A stretch of 64,000 bases of DNA from Dehalococcoidia bacterium (GTDB lineage: Bacteria; Chloroflexota; Dehalococcoidia; DSTF01; JACRBR01): the NCBI GenBank assembly GCA_021731085.1, contig JAKFYB010000013.1, forward strand, positions 88,125 through 152,124, read 5' to 3'. Under the pieces are notes generated by a model. It had not been told where the DNA came from and did not search any database. It saw nothing but the letters and a program-made list of their open reading frames with translations. Below, in pieces: positions 10,132 through 20,387 of the stretch. Positions within the stretch are counted from its first letter, which is position 1. Every line of letters starts with the position of its first letter. The position numbers and the translations under genes were made by a program.

Positions 10132-10920
10132 TTGGCTGATACCCTTCGATTGATGCTCACCGAACTCCCTCCCGGCCAGCGCGAGATTCTTCGTCCGCTG
10201 TACGCGAACTTTGGGCTGCGGCTGCATGGCCTGATCGAAGCTGTGTTCTCCGGCGAGTTCGGGCGCGCCTGGGTCGATGACCTCGCGCATCCATCGATCG
10301 CGCTGGCGAACATCGACTTCTGGCTCGTCGGCGGCAATCCGATCGCCTCGCTGGCCGACGACGCGCTGCGGTTCGTGCCGAAGGGCACGATCGTGACCGA
10401 TGGCTCGCAGGCGTGGCCTGCCCTGGTGCGCACCACGCTTTCGGGCCGCATCGTCGAGCGCACCCGCACCGGCTTCGCGACGCCACCACCGGAGGCGTGG
10501 AACCGTGATCGTCTCCGAGGGATGGCCGCCGCCCTCCCAAAGGGCTTTGAAATCCGCCGGATCGACCGCACGAACATCGCGTCGTTCCTTGTTGTCGCCG
10601 AAGACTTCGCTTCGAACTGGCGGAGCGTCGATGCGTTTCTTGAGCACGGGCTTGGGTTTGGCGTGTTTGATGCGACGCATTGTGTGTCCGGGTGCTCGTC
10701 GTTCTCGTCCGCCAACGGCAAGCTCGAGATCGAGATCGACACTGACCCGGCGTATCTGCGATACGGTCTCGCGCGCGCCGTGGCCGCCCATCTCATCGAC
10801 CACTGCCTCGACAACGGCATCGAGCCGTGCTGGGACGCGCACAATCCGGAGTCGGCAGCGCTGGCGCAACAGCTCGGGTTCACGAAGCCGTACCCGTACA
10901 CGGTGTTCGTCGTGAGCTAG
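10132..10920 (+). CDS. GNAT family N-acetyltransferase
   Basis: EIEIDTDPAY.RYGLA, PCWDAHNPES..LAQQLGF. Confidence 0.85.
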   Translation: MADTLRLMLTELPPGQREILRPLYANFGLRLHGLIEAVFSGEFGRAWVDDLAHPSIALANIDFWLVGGNPIASLADDALRFVPKGTIVTDGSQAWPALVRTTLSGRIVERTRTGFATPPPEAWNRDRLRGMAAALPKGFEIRRIDRTNIASFLVVAEDFASNWRSVDAFLEHGLGFGVFDATHCVSGCSSFSSANGKLEIEIDTDPAYLRYGLARAVAAHLIDHCLDNGIEPCWDAHNPESAALAQQLGFTKPYPYTVFVVS

Positions 10921-11024
10921 CTCTCTTCTAGTTTCTGTCGACGTGACTCTGTAGAATCCCTCTGTTATGGACACGCAACATTCCGCAGCCGAACCAACGA
11001 CGGTTTCAGCACCGGAGGATTCGC

Positions 11025-11507
11025 GTGACCATTTCGATTCGCCCACTCAACTTCACTGACGACGCTGCGGCATGCGACTCCGTGCTCGCATCGCTTCCCT
11101 ACTTCTTCGGCGACTCTGACGGACAGCGTGACTGTGCGGTCGCCGTGCGTTCGCAGGCGGGATTCGTCGCCACCGTCGATGGCACGGTCGCCGGGTTCAT
11201 CACGCTGCTGCTGCATCTGCCTGACATCGGCGGCTCGACGGAGATCACGTGGATGGCCGTCCGCGCCGACCATCGCCGTCACGGACTCGGCACCATGCTC
11301 ATCGATGCGGCGGTGCAGCGCTGCCGCGAGGATGGCGTGCCGATGCTCAGCGTCCTGACGCTCGGTCCAAGCGTGTCGGAAGAGGCCGCTGACAACTATG
11401 AAGGCACGCGGGCGTTCTATCGCCGGATGGGCTTCGTGCCGCTGCGCGAGTTGGGCCTGCGAGATTGGAACGACGCTTCGGCGCTGATTCTCGCGCGAGC
11501 GGTCTAG
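11025..11507 (+). CDS. GNAT family N-acetyltransferase
   Basis: MAVRADHRRHGLGT, TRAFYRRMGF. Confidence 0.85.
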   Translation: MTISIRPLNFTDDAAACDSVLASLPYFFGDSDGQRDCAVAVRSQAGFVATVDGTVAGFITLLLHLPDIGGSTEITWMAVRADHRRHGLGTMLIDAAVQRCREDGVPMLSVLTLGPSVSEEAADNYEGTRAFYRRMGFVPLRELGLRDWNDASALILARAV

Positions 11508-11510
11508 CTT

Positions 11511-11852
11511 TCAGTGGAGCATGGGGTCGTGGCCCCAATTCATGAGGGAGTACCGCCAACGGCTCGCGCGGAAGTCGCCGCGCGGGCGCTGCGCCAGGTG
11601 CCGTCGCGCGTACGCGATGACCTTCCGCATGTGCGCAAGGTCGTCGTCCGTGTGGTCGACGCCCTTTGTGCGCAACAGCTTGACGATTCGGCGACCCGAA
11701 CGGTGGCCGACCGACTCGCCAGCCGCGTCCCTCCCCCAGCCGACGCTCCACGACTCGTCGGTCTCGAGCCAGCGCTCCAGTCGCGACGCCCGCATGTTGA
11801 CGACGGCCCGGAACTCGGCCACGATGTCTCGCTCGGCCCTGCGTTTTGCCAT
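11511..11852 (-). CDS. DUF3140 family protein
   Basis: VNM, GHRSGRRIV, HMRKV, WRYSLMNWGHDP. Confidence 0.85.
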   Translation of the reverse strand: MAKRRAERDIVAEFRAVVNMRASRLERWLETDESWSVGWGRDAAGESVGHRSGRRIVKLLRTKGVDHTDDDLAHMRKVIAYARRHLAQRPRGDFRASRWRYSLMNWGHDPMLH

Positions 11853-12004
11853 TGCCGACAACCTCACGGAGATCTACGCGCATCAGTCAGTTCGAGATCA
11901 AAGCCGCCAGTCACATCCGGTCCAGAAGCGATAGCTTACAAAGCTCAGAGCGCGCGCCCGTCCATCGTGAGAGAATGGTGCCAGGCAGCGATAGGAGAAA
12001 TGCG

Positions 12005-12352
12005 ATGGCGAAGATCACCGGACTCCAGTACATCATCCCGGTGCGCGACCTCGAGCGGGCGGTGAAATTCTACGCCGACGCGTTCGGCGTGGAGGAGATC
12101 TTTCGCGCGGAGCAGATCGTGTTTATGGCGGCGCCAGGCGGCGACTCGTCGTTCGGGCTGCTGGTCGACGCCGAGCACGCGGGTGGCGGGCCGATGAACG
12201 TCGGTCTCCACGTCGACCACGCGATCGAGCCCGATGACGCCGTCCGCGATGTCGAGGCAGCCGGCGGCACGATCATCGAACGCGGCGAGCACGCGCCGGG
12301 CGTGCCGTTCGCGCGCATCGCGGATCCGGACGGGAATGTCCTGGAGATCTGA
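12005..12352 (+). CDS. VOC/glyoxalase family protein
   Basis: VRDLERAVKFY and DPDGNVLEI; AGGAG RBS. Confidence 0.88.
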   Translation: MAKITGLQYIIPVRDLERAVKFYADAFGVEEIFRAEQIVFMAAPGGDSSFGLLVDAEHAGGGPMNVGLHVDHAIEPDDAVRDVEAAGGTIIERGEHAPGVPFARIADPDGNVLEI

Positions 12353-12384
12353 TCGAGGTTGACTTCGGCTGCTACGATCGTCGC

Positions 12385-12975
12385 ATGGACGCGACCGAGA
12401 ATCTTCCCGACTGCGACCTGAATCACACGGCGCGCCAACGTTGCAGTTCTTGGCAACCCGACGAGCCAACCGACTATGGCGTCGAAGAGGCAACTCCAAA
12501 GGGTTCGAGCCGACGCTTCAGAGGATGCATCTTCGTCCCTCTCGCGGTACTTGGTGTTCTGGTGATGCTGGTGACATTCGTACCTCTCGCCTTATGGGCC
12601 GGGGACTTGGCTGGTTTAGACATCTTTCCAAGCGCACCTCAACTGCCAGCCTACGCGCATCCGCCAAGTGTCGAAAAAGAGGATGAAGTCTCAAGTCCCT
12701 GTAACCTTGACGGCCGAGAGCTCTGCCGTCACGTGTACTTCCATCTGCCAGAAGATTGGGCGACGATTCGCGACGATGTCGCGCAGAACCTTACGGATCG
12801 GGGTTGGACGATCCGCGTGCTACCTCGTGCTAGTGAGGACTACCTGTCTGCTAGTTCGCCAACTGGCGAGACCTGCCTCCGGTACTCCGCGCTGGAACCT
12901 GGCCCCTTCGCCGACCGCCCTCTGACGTACAAGCAAATCCTAGCCGTGGTCGTCAGCCCTTGCTCCTTTGACTAA
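12385..12975 (+). CDS. hypothetical membrane-anchored protein
   Basis: One TM segment plus a Cys-containing domain; atypical codon usage; start uncertain. Confidence 0.5.
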   Translation: MDATENLPDCDLNHTARQRCSSWQPDEPTDYGVEEATPKGSSRRFRGCIFVPLAVLGVLVMLVTFVPLALWAGDLAGLDIFPSAPQLPAYAHPPSVEKEDEVSSPCNLDGRELCRHVYFHLPEDWATIRDDVAQNLTDRGWTIRVLPRASEDYLSASSPTGETCLRYSALEPGPFADRPLTYKQILAVVVSPCSFD

Positions 12976-13017
12976 GGCCCACTCCTGACATCCGACGTCA
13001 GTACGCCATCGACGGCG

Positions 13018-13036
13018 CGAACACCCGTGCTAGAAT
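13018..13036 (+). promoter_or_regulatory. LexA (SOS) box overlapping an extended -10 promoter of uvrA
   Basis: CGAAC-ACCC-GTGC (one mismatch to GAAC-N4-GTTC) overlapping TGnTAGAAT, about 95 nt upstream of uvrA. Confidence 0.7.
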
Positions 13037-13129
13037 GGCGTTCCGACTGCGATAGCGCGCACTCTCGCGGCCGGCGAGGGCGCGGCGAGCAGCGCCCCGA
13101 CACGAACCTCTACTCAGGAGCCGATACTG

Positions 13130-16100
13130 ATGCCTCTCGACGCGATCGTCGTCAAGGGCGCCCGCGAGCATAACCTCAAGGACATCGACGTTACGATCCC
13201 GCGCGACAAGCTCGTCGTGATCACGGGGCTGTCGGGGTCGGGGAAGTCGTCGCTCGCCTTCGACACGATCTACGCCGAGGGTCAGCGCCGATACGTCGAG
13301 TCGCTCTCAGCGTATGCTCGCCAGTTCCTGGGGCAGATGGAGAAGCCCGACGTCGACTACATCGAGGGTCTTTCGCCCGCGATCTCGATCGACCAGAAGG
13401 GCGCAAGCCACAACCCGCGCTCGACCGTTGGCACCGTAACGGAGATCTACGACTACCTACGGCTGCTGTACGCGCGCGCCGGCACGCCGCACTGCCCCAC
13501 CTGCGGGCGCCCGATCGAGCGGCAGACAGTGCAACAGATCGTCGATGCGATCCTGGGTATCGAGGCCGGCAATCGGCTGATGCTGCTTGCGCCGATCATC
13601 AAGGATCGCAAAGGCGAGCACCTGCACGTCTTCGAGGACGCGCGGCGGGCGGGCTTTGTGCGCGTGCGCGTCGATGGGCGCATCCGCGATCTCGAAGAGG
13701 AGATCAACCTCAACAAGAAGACCAAGCACTCGATCGAGGTCGTCGTCGACCGCCTGATCACCGAAGGTCCCGATGGCGCAGCGGACGGTAGCGCATCGAG
13801 TGCGAGCCGCCTCGCCGAGAGCGTCGAGCAGGCGCTGAAGTTGGGCACGGGTACGGTGCTTGTGGTCATCGAGCCGCCCGTCGAGGCGCAACCGCAGCGA
13901 TCGAAGGCGAAGCAGATCGCGCCCGCCGTCGAAGAACGGCTGTATTCGGAGCACTACTCCTGCGCGTTCGACGGCACGTCGATCGGGGAGCTGGCGCCTC
14001 GGAACTTCAGCTTTAACTCGCCGCACGGCGCATGTCCCGACTGCACCGGGCTCGGCCTGAAGATGCAGCTCGACCCGGCGCTCGTGATCCCGAACCACAG
14101 CCTCTCGATCAAGGACGGCGCGATCGCGCCCTGGCAGCGCGCGGCGGCGACGAACACCTGGTACTTCCGGATGGTCGAGGCGGTGGCGAAGAAGCACGGC
14201 TTCAAGCTCAATGTCCCGATCAAGGACATGAAGAAGGCCGACCTCGACATCATCCTCTACGGCGACGAAGGCAAGATCGAACTCAAGTACCAGACGTCGG
14301 GCGGGCACACGAACCGCTGGGACACGAAGTTCGAGGGCGTGCTCACGAACATGGAGCGGCGCTACCGCGAGACCGACAGCGACTACGTCCGCGGCGAGAT
14401 CGAGCGCTACATGGCGGCGGTACCGTGTTCGACCTGCGGCGGCGCGCGGTTGCGACCGGAGACGCTCGGCGTAACGGTGGCGGACAAGAACATCGCCACC
14501 TTCACGCGCATGGACGTGCGCGAGGCGCTGGCATGGATCGAAGAACTGGCGGGGCCGAAGACAAAGCTCAGCGAGCGCGAGCAGATCATCGCGAAGCAGA
14601 TCATCAAGGAAATCCGCGAGCGCCTGACGTTCATGAACGATGTCGGCCTCGACTACCTGACGCTCGACCGCGCGGCCGGCACGCTGTCCGGCGGCGAGGC
14701 GCAGCGCATTCGGCTGGCGACGCAGATCGGTTCGAGCCTGATGGGCGTGTTGTACGTCTGCGACGAGCCGAGCATCGGCTTGCATCCCGCTGATGACGAG
14801 CGCCTGATCAAGACGCTCATCCGCCTGCGCGACATCGGCAACACCGTGATCATCGTCGAGCACGACGAGTCGATGATGCGCGCCGCCGACCACATCGTCG
14901 ACATGGGGCCGGGCGCGGGCGAACACGGCGGCCATGTCGTTGCGCAGGGCACGATCGACGACATCATGGCGAGCGAGGGCTCGATGACGGGCGCGTATCT
15001 CTCGGGCCGGAAGCAGGTGCCGCTTCCGGAAATGCGCCGACCTGGCAACGGCAAGTTCATCGAGATACGCGGCGCGCGCGAGAACAACCTCAAGAACGTT
15101 GATGTCGATATCCCGCTCGGCGAGTTCGTCGTGATCACGGGCGTTTCGGGGTCGGGGAAGTCGTCGCTGATCAACGAGATCCTCTACAAGAAGCTGGCGC
15201 AAGACCTCAACGGCTCGCGCGACAAGCCGGGCGCTGTGGACTCCGTACGCGGGATGATCTTCATCGACAAGGTCGTCGACATCGACCAGTCGCCCATCGG
15301 GCGCACGCCGCGCTCGAATCCGGCGACGTATACGGGCGTCTTCACGCCGATCCGGGAGATGTTCGCGAACGTCCCCGAAGCGCGGCTGCGTGGGTATACA
15401 GCGGGGCGCTTCTCTTTCAACGTGAAGGGCGGCCGCTGCGAGAACTGCGCGGGCGACGGCTACATCGAGATCGAGATGCACTTCCTGCCGGACGTAACCG
15501 TGCCGTGCGAGGTGTGCAGGGGCAGACGTTACAACCGCGAGGCGCTCGAGATCCTCTGGAAGGGAAAGAGCATCGCCGACGTGCTCGATATGACGGTGAG
15601 CGAGGCGTGCGCGTTCTTCGACGCGATCCCGCAGCTCAAGCGGAAGCTCGAGACGCTGCGCGACGTCGGCCTCGGGTACATCCGCATGGGCCAGCCGGCG
15701 ACGACGCTTTCGGGCGGCGAGGCGCAGCGCGTGAAGCTGTCGACGGAGCTTTCGAAGCGCAGCACGGGCAAGACGCTGTACATCCTCGACGAGCCGACGA
15801 CGGGCCTCTCGTTCGAAGACACGCGCAAGCTGATGGAAGTGTTGCAGCAGCTCGTCGACGGCGGTAACACCGTCGTCGTTATCGAGCATCACATGGACGT
15901 CGTGAAGAACGCCGACCACATCATCGACCTCGGGCCCGCCGGCGGCGACCGTGGCGGGCGGTTGATTGCGACCGGCACGCCGGAGGAGGTCGCGCTCGTC
16001 GATGAAAGCGCGACGGCGGAGTACCTGCGAAGGATTCTCCCAAAGGTGCGCATCGCGGCGGTCAAGAAGAATGGGCGGAAGCCAGCGACAACGGTCGCTT

Positions 16101-16210
16101 CGACGAATGGCGCGAAGGCAACGGCATCGAAGAACGGCGCTTCGGCGAACGGGGCGAAGCCGAAGGTCGCTGTGAAGAAGAAGGCCGTCGCTGCGCGATC
16201 GAAGCGCTGA
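13130..16210 (+). CDS. uvrA: excinuclease ABC subunit A
   Basis: GAREHNLK, two Walker A motifs (GSGKSS), zinc fingers, LSGGEAQR twice. Confidence 0.98.
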   Translation: MPLDAIVVKGAREHNLKDIDVTIPRDKLVVITGLSGSGKSSLAFDTIYAEGQRRYVESLSAYARQFLGQMEKPDVDYIEGLSPAISIDQKGASHNPRSTVGTVTEIYDYLRLLYARAGTPHCPTCGRPIERQTVQQIVDAILGIEAGNRLMLLAPIIKDRKGEHLHVFEDARRAGFVRVRVDGRIRDLEEEINLNKKTKHSIEVVVDRLITEGPDGAADGSASSASRLAESVEQALKLGTGTVLVVIEPPVEAQPQRSKAKQIAPAVEERLYSEHYSCAFDGTSIGELAPRNFSFNSPHGACPDCTGLGLKMQLDPALVIPNHSLSIKDGAIAPWQRAAATNTWYFRMVEAVAKKHGFKLNVPIKDMKKADLDIILYGDEGKIELKYQTSGGHTNRWDTKFEGVLTNMERRYRETDSDYVRGEIERYMAAVPCSTCGGARLRPETLGVTVADKNIATFTRMDVREALAWIEELAGPKTKLSEREQIIAKQIIKEIRERLTFMNDVGLDYLTLDRAAGTLSGGEAQRIRLATQIGSSLMGVLYVCDEPSIGLHPADDERLIKTLIRLRDIGNTVIIVEHDESMMRAADHIVDMGPGAGEHGGHVVAQGTIDDIMASEGSMTGAYLSGRKQVPLPEMRRPGNGKFIEIRGARENNLKNVDVDIPLGEFVVITGVSGSGKSSLINEILYKKLAQDLNGSRDKPGAVDSVRGMIFIDKVVDIDQSPIGRTPRSNPATYTGVFTPIREMFANVPEARLRGYTAGRFSFNVKGGRCENCAGDGYIEIEMHFLPDVTVPCEVCRGRRYNREALEILWKGKSIADVLDMTVSEACAFFDAIPQLKRKLETLRDVGLGYIRMGQPATTLSGGEAQRVKLSTELSKRSTGKTLYILDEPTTGLSFEDTRKLMEVLQQLVDGGNTVVVIEHHMDVVKNADHIIDLGPAGGDRGGRLIATGTPEEVALVDESATAEYLRRILPKVRIAAVKKNGRKPATTVASTNGAKATASKNGASANGAKPKVAVKKKAVAARSKR

Positions 16211-16231
16211 CTTAGCGAACGCGAATCGACG

Positions 16232-16729
16232 ATGACCAAGGATGATCTCCTCGCGGCGATCCACGATGATCGAGCAAGGCTCGAAGCAGTGCTCGCGCCC
16301 TTGACCGACGCGCAGCTGGAAGCGCCGGGTCCCGGTGGTGGTTGGGGCGTGAAGGGGCATCTGTCGCACATCGCGGCGTGGGAGCGCATGATCGGCGCGC
16401 ATCTCGACGACCGTTCTGCGCATACCTACGCGTGCATGACGCCGGCGCAGTACGTTGATGCGTCGCTCGATGAGTTGAACGCGCGGCTGCATGAATTGCA
16501 TGCCGATGATGCCTTGGTCGACGTGAAGCGAGAGTTCGCGGACGCGCATGCGGCGATCGTGGCGTTCTTGGAGGCGATACCAGAGTCTCGGTTGTCGGAG
16601 TTGTACTGGGGCGATGATGCGGCGCGGCGGACGGTGCTGGAGAAGGTGTCGGGTGATACGTATCTGCACTATCGTGAGCACGCCACGTGGATCAGGGAGC
16701 TAGAAGCTCGACAAGGCCTGCCAAGATGA
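16232..16729 (+). CDS. DinB-superfamily four-helix protein (ClbS/DfsB-like)
   Basis: WGVKGHLSHIAAWE...HYREH. Confidence 0.75.
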   Translation: MTKDDLLAAIHDDRARLEAVLAPLTDAQLEAPGPGGGWGVKGHLSHIAAWERMIGAHLDDRSAHTYACMTPAQYVDASLDELNARLHELHADDALVDVKREFADAHAAIVAFLEAIPESRLSELYWGDDAARRTVLEKVSGDTYLHYREHATWIRELEARQGLPR

Positions 16730-17121
16730 GGGTGAAGTGCCTCAGAACATATCCAACCGAAGATGAGATCGCCGCGATGGACGGATTCTATCGCGACCAA
16801 CAATTCAGTGTACGGCGCGGCGAAGTCTATACCGTGTTCGCAATCAGCTTCGACATCAAGTCGAAACTATTCGGGACGTGTACTGTGCTCTTGCTTCCGG
16901 GAGAGTTCGACCGCTTGATGATGGTTCCGCTCGGTATGTTCGAAGTAGTCGACGCCAGGATATCACCGACCTGGCGCATCAAGTCTTTTTCGGACGGCGG
17001 CGTGTTGCTGGGCGCGCCGGAGTATCTAGCCAACGAGTGCTTTGGAGACGACCTTTTCGAGCGAGTGGGTGACGTACACACGATTTATCTTCGCATACTG
17101 GAGCGACTCGATGCTGAGTAG
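16726..17121 (+). CDS. hypothetical protein (possibly immunity-like)
   Basis: ATGA overlap with the upstream gene; more AT-rich; GEVYTVFAI...FEVVDARISPTW. Confidence 0.55.
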   Translation: MRVKCLRTYPTEDEIAAMDGFYRDQQFSVRRGEVYTVFAISFDIKSKLFGTCTVLLLPGEFDRLMMVPLGMFEVVDARISPTWRIKSFSDGGVLLGAPEYLANECFGDDLFERVGDVHTIYLRILERLDAE

Positions 17122-17154
17122 GAGAGCGATCAGGAAGTCGAGCGATTGAAGCAC

Positions 17155-17625
17155 ATGAAAAAGGCCGCGCTCCTCGAATCGATACGGCGGGAACGGGCGG
17201 AGCTGAACGCGATCATCGCGCGCGTCGGCGAGCCGGGGATGGTGGAGCCTGCGCTCGACGATGATTGGTCGATCAAGGACGTCATCGCGCACATCACGGC
17301 GTGGGAGCAGTTGTGCCTGGTGTGGGTGAGGACGGAGCATCGAGGCGAGGGGCCGTTCACGCCAAAGTCCCTCGACGCGCTGAACGCGAAGCTGCACGAC
17401 GAGAACCAGACGCGCTCGCTGGAGGACGTGCTTGCGGATGCCCGCCGGTCGTACGAGGAGTTCGTCGCGATGGTGGAGGAGCAGACGGATGAGACGCTGG
17501 CCACGCCGCCGTCGTGGGCGGATCCGCCGCTGGGGCAGGTGATAAGCTCGAACAGCGACGACCACTATCGCGAGCACATCGATCAGCTGATGCGGTTGCT
17601 GAAGCCGCCGCAGACAATCGACTGA
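17155..17625 (+). CDS. DinB-superfamily four-helix protein (ClbS/DfsB-like)
   Basis: WSIKDVIAHITAWE...HYREH; paralog of 16232-16729. Confidence 0.78.
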   Translation: MKKAALLESIRRERAELNAIIARVGEPGMVEPALDDDWSIKDVIAHITAWEQLCLVWVRTEHRGEGPFTPKSLDALNAKLHDENQTRSLEDVLADARRSYEEFVAMVEEQTDETLATPPSWADPPLGQVISSNSDDHYREHIDQLMRLLKPPQTID

Positions 17626-17639
17626 CGGGAGGTTCATCA

Positions 17640-18092
17640 ATGGACGAAGCAGCAATCGCCTTCCTCGAGAAGAACCACCAGGCCGCGATGACCACGCTCA
17701 AGCGCGACGGTACGCCGCACTCGGTGCGCATCGGCGTCGCGATGGTCGACGGCAAGATCTGGTCGTCGTCCACGCTGGATCGCGGGCGGACGAAGCACCT
17801 GCGCCGCGATCCACGCTCGACGCTGTTCGTGTTTGACAGCGGCTATGCGTACCTGGGGCTGGAGTGCCGCGTGACGATCCTCGACGGGCCTGACGTGCCA
17901 GACCAGAGCGTGCGGATGTTCGAGGTAATGCAGCGGGAGATGCCCGGATACACGCCCGGGACGCTCAACTGGTACGGCAAGCAGACGACGATCGATGAGT
18001 TCAAGAAGCTGATGGTAGACGAAGGTCGCATCATCTACGAGTTCGATGTCCAGAAGTTCTATGGGCTCTATACGGGCGTGCCGACGCGATGA
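17640..18092 (+). CDS. PPOX-class F420-dependent oxidoreductase
   Basis: TLKRDGTPH, LRRDPRSTL; GGAGG RBS. Confidence 0.8.
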   Translation: MDEAAIAFLEKNHQAAMTTLKRDGTPHSVRIGVAMVDGKIWSSSTLDRGRTKHLRRDPRSTLFVFDSGYAYLGLECRVTILDGPDVPDQSVRMFEVMQREMPGYTPGTLNWYGKQTTIDEFKKLMVDEGRIIYEFDVQKFYGLYTGVPTR

Positions 18093-18808
18093 CGGCCAGC
18101 GCTTCGCCAAAGGCGATCTTCTTCGATATGGACGGTACGATCCTCGACTGGACCACGGGGATGGAAGAGTCGTGGCTGGAGTCGTGCGAGAGGCACCATA
18201 TCGCCGACTGGCCACACAGTCCTGCTGACGTGCATGCGGCGATTCGCAAGAGACGGTTGTGGTTTTGGGATGGTCAAGAACGCGCCAAACGTGGACGGAT
18301 GGATCTCGACGGCTCTAGCCGCGAGATCGTGCGCATGGCCTTCGAAGACCTCTCTCTGCCGCATGAAGACGTTGCGCACGATCTCGCAGATTTCTACCGG
18401 GCGCTGCGCGCTACGCGCATCGTGCCGTACGACGGCGCGATCGAGACGCTTGCGCACTTCCACCAGCGTGGCATCCCTATGGCCCTTATCACAAACGGCG
18501 AGGCTCGCAACCAGCGCCGCAGCGTCACGACTCACGCCCTCGAACAATACTTCCACTGCGTTGTGATCGAAGGAGAGTTCGGCGTCGGCAAGCCGGACAA
18601 GCGCGTATTCCGCCACGCGCTGTCGGAAATTGGTTGCGAGCCGTCGGATGTGTGGATGGTCGGCGACAGCCTCGAAGCCGACATCGCGCCGGCCGTCGCG
18701 CTCGGCATGCATGCGGTGTGGGTGGATGAGACGGGCGATGGGTTGCCTCGGCGCGCGCCCGTAAAGCCGCACCGCATCGTCCGTGTGATTTCGGAGCTCG
18801 TCGAGTAG
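18089..18808 (+). CDS. HAD-superfamily hydrolase
   Basis: FDMDGT, ITNG, GKPD, MVGDSLEADI. Confidence 0.9.
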   Translation: MTASASPKAIFFDMDGTILDWTTGMEESWLESCERHHIADWPHSPADVHAAIRKRRLWFWDGQERAKRGRMDLDGSSREIVRMAFEDLSLPHEDVAHDLADFYRALRATRIVPYDGAIETLAHFHQRGIPMALITNGEARNQRRSVTTHALEQYFHCVVIEGEFGVGKPDKRVFRHALSEIGCEPSDVWMVGDSLEADIAPAVALGMHAVWVDETGDGLPRRAPVKPHRIVRVISELVE

Positions 18809-18840
18809 GCTGCAGACCGAGTCGAAGAAGGAGCACGCCG

Positions 18841-19239
18841 TTGAGTGAGGTCAATCGAGAGCTGGTCGAGCGTTTTACCGCGGCGCTGCGGGACGGAAAC
18901 TCCGCCGACGCAGCGCGGTGCTTTCACCGTGAGTACCGGTCGAACTCCTGGGGAGGCGACCTCGCGGAGACCTGGAAGCAGATGCAGGCCTGGTCGGCAG
19001 CGACTGCGATATCTGATCAGGAGGTAACGGCCCGCCACATCGTCTCAGAGGGCGACTACGTCGTCGCGCACGTTGCGTTCTCGGCCACGCACACCGGTGA
19101 GTTGCTCGGGGTTTCCGCCACAGGGCGTCGTTTCGAGTTCCACTCGCTCGAGATGTGGCGCGTGCAGGACGGCAAGCTCATCGAACACTGGGGCGGGACT
19201 CGTGAAGCCGCGCGTCTCCACGAGCAACTCACTCGGTAG
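18841..19239 (+). CDS. SnoaL-like ester cyclase
   Basis: THTGELLGVSATGRR...DGKLIEHW. Confidence 0.85.
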   Translation: MSEVNRELVERFTAALRDGNSADAARCFHREYRSNSWGGDLAETWKQMQAWSAATAISDQEVTARHIVSEGDYVVAHVAFSATHTGELLGVSATGRRFEFHSLEMWRVQDGKLIEHWGGTREAARLHEQLTR

Positions 19240-19279
19240 CACCGATCTCGACTCAAGCTTCCTGCCCTGACCGCAGCGA

Positions 19280-20374
19280 TTAGGCTGGCATACATTCGGC
19301 GCAGTCGAGATCCTCCATCGCTGCGCCGCGACGCCTGATCCACGCCTTCTGCAGCGCGACGCCGCGCTCGTTCGCGGCATCCATCGAACCGACGGCAATC
19401 ACGGTGTAGACGTTGCAGTACAGGATCGCCTTGCGGTAGTCGTACAGCGCTTCGTCGAAGCTGTAGTTCTTAGCGCCGCCGTCGACGATGATGTCGTGCC
19501 AGTTCTGCAGCAGACTCATTTCGTTCGCCTTGCGGACATCAGGTTCCAGCGAGCTGATGATGAAATACGCCACGTCGAAGATGCCGCGACCGCGCGACGA
19601 GATCTGCCAGTCGATGGCCGCAACCGGTGAGCCGTCCTTGTGGTCGAAGAAGAGGTTGTCGAGGCGGTAATCGCCGTGGATGATCGTTCGGGGCTTCGGT
19701 TCGTAGTGGTTCAGCAGGTCGATGATCTTGTCCTGCATGCGCTCGCCAGCGCTGTGCTGGTACGGCGACAGCGCGCCGCCGAAGAACTCGCAGTACGGTC
19801 CCCACGCCTGCTGGTAGGAGTTCTGTGCCGACTGATGCACGGGAGCATTGACGAACGGCATCCAGTCGAGCTTGTCAAGCTTTGGACTCTCCCACCACGC
19901 CGCGTGGTGCTTCGCCAACACCGCGATCGCCGCTTCGGCCTGCGCGATCGTGCAGCCAGCCACTTCGTCTCCTGGCGTCGCGCCGAGCGACATGTCCTCA
20001 AGCAGCAACAGGTGCTCGTCGTTGGCGACATCCATCACACGGTAGTAGCACCTCGGCACACGAATCTCGATCGACGACGCGATCTCCTCGTAGAAACGAG
20101 CCTCGCGTTCGTAGAATTGGAACAGGTTGCCGATCTCGCGATTGCCATCGTTGGTCGTCGGCATTTTCACGACCATCGAGGGAGGTGCGCTCGGAGCGCC
20201 GTCGTACTTGAGTTGAAGGCGAGCAAGCTGTCCGAACAGCCCCGCGCCAGCGCCAATACCCTGCGGCGTCACCGCAGTCACGCGGCCGCCGCCGAGCACA
20301 CCACTCTCAGCAAGCGCGCTTGTCAGCCACTCGGACGTGATCTCTTCGGGACTTCGCGGAACATTCGAACCCAT
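19280..20374 (-). CDS. aminoglycoside/choline-kinase-like phosphotransferase (EcKL type)
   Basis: REARFY, LLLED, HGDYRLDNLFF, IDWQ. Confidence 0.85.
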   Translation of the reverse strand: MGSNVPRSPEEITSEWLTSALAESGVLGGGRVTAVTPQGIGAGAGLFGQLARLQLKYDGAPSAPPSMVVKMPTTNDGNREIGNLFQFYEREARFYEEIASSIEIRVPRCYYRVMDVANDEHLLLLEDMSLGATPGDEVAGCTIAQAEAAIAVLAKHHAAWWESPKLDKLDWMPFVNAPVHQSAQNSYQQAWGPYCEFFGGALSPYQHSAGERMQDKIIDLLNHYEPKPRTIIHGDYRLDNLFFDHKDGSPVAAIDWQISSRGRGIFDVAYFIISSLEPDVRKANEMSLLQNWHDIIVDGGAKNYSFDEALYDYRKAILYCNVYTVIAVGSMDAANERGVALQKAWIRRRGAAMEDLDCAECMPA

Positions 20375-20387
20375 GGTCACTCCTGCA

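Noticed and set aside
13457..16681. 1074-aa minus-strand ORF (and similar long ORFs at 7270-8691, 8649-10901, 9367-11046)
   Set aside because: Antisense shadows of well-supported genes in high-GC DNA; no recognisable motifs
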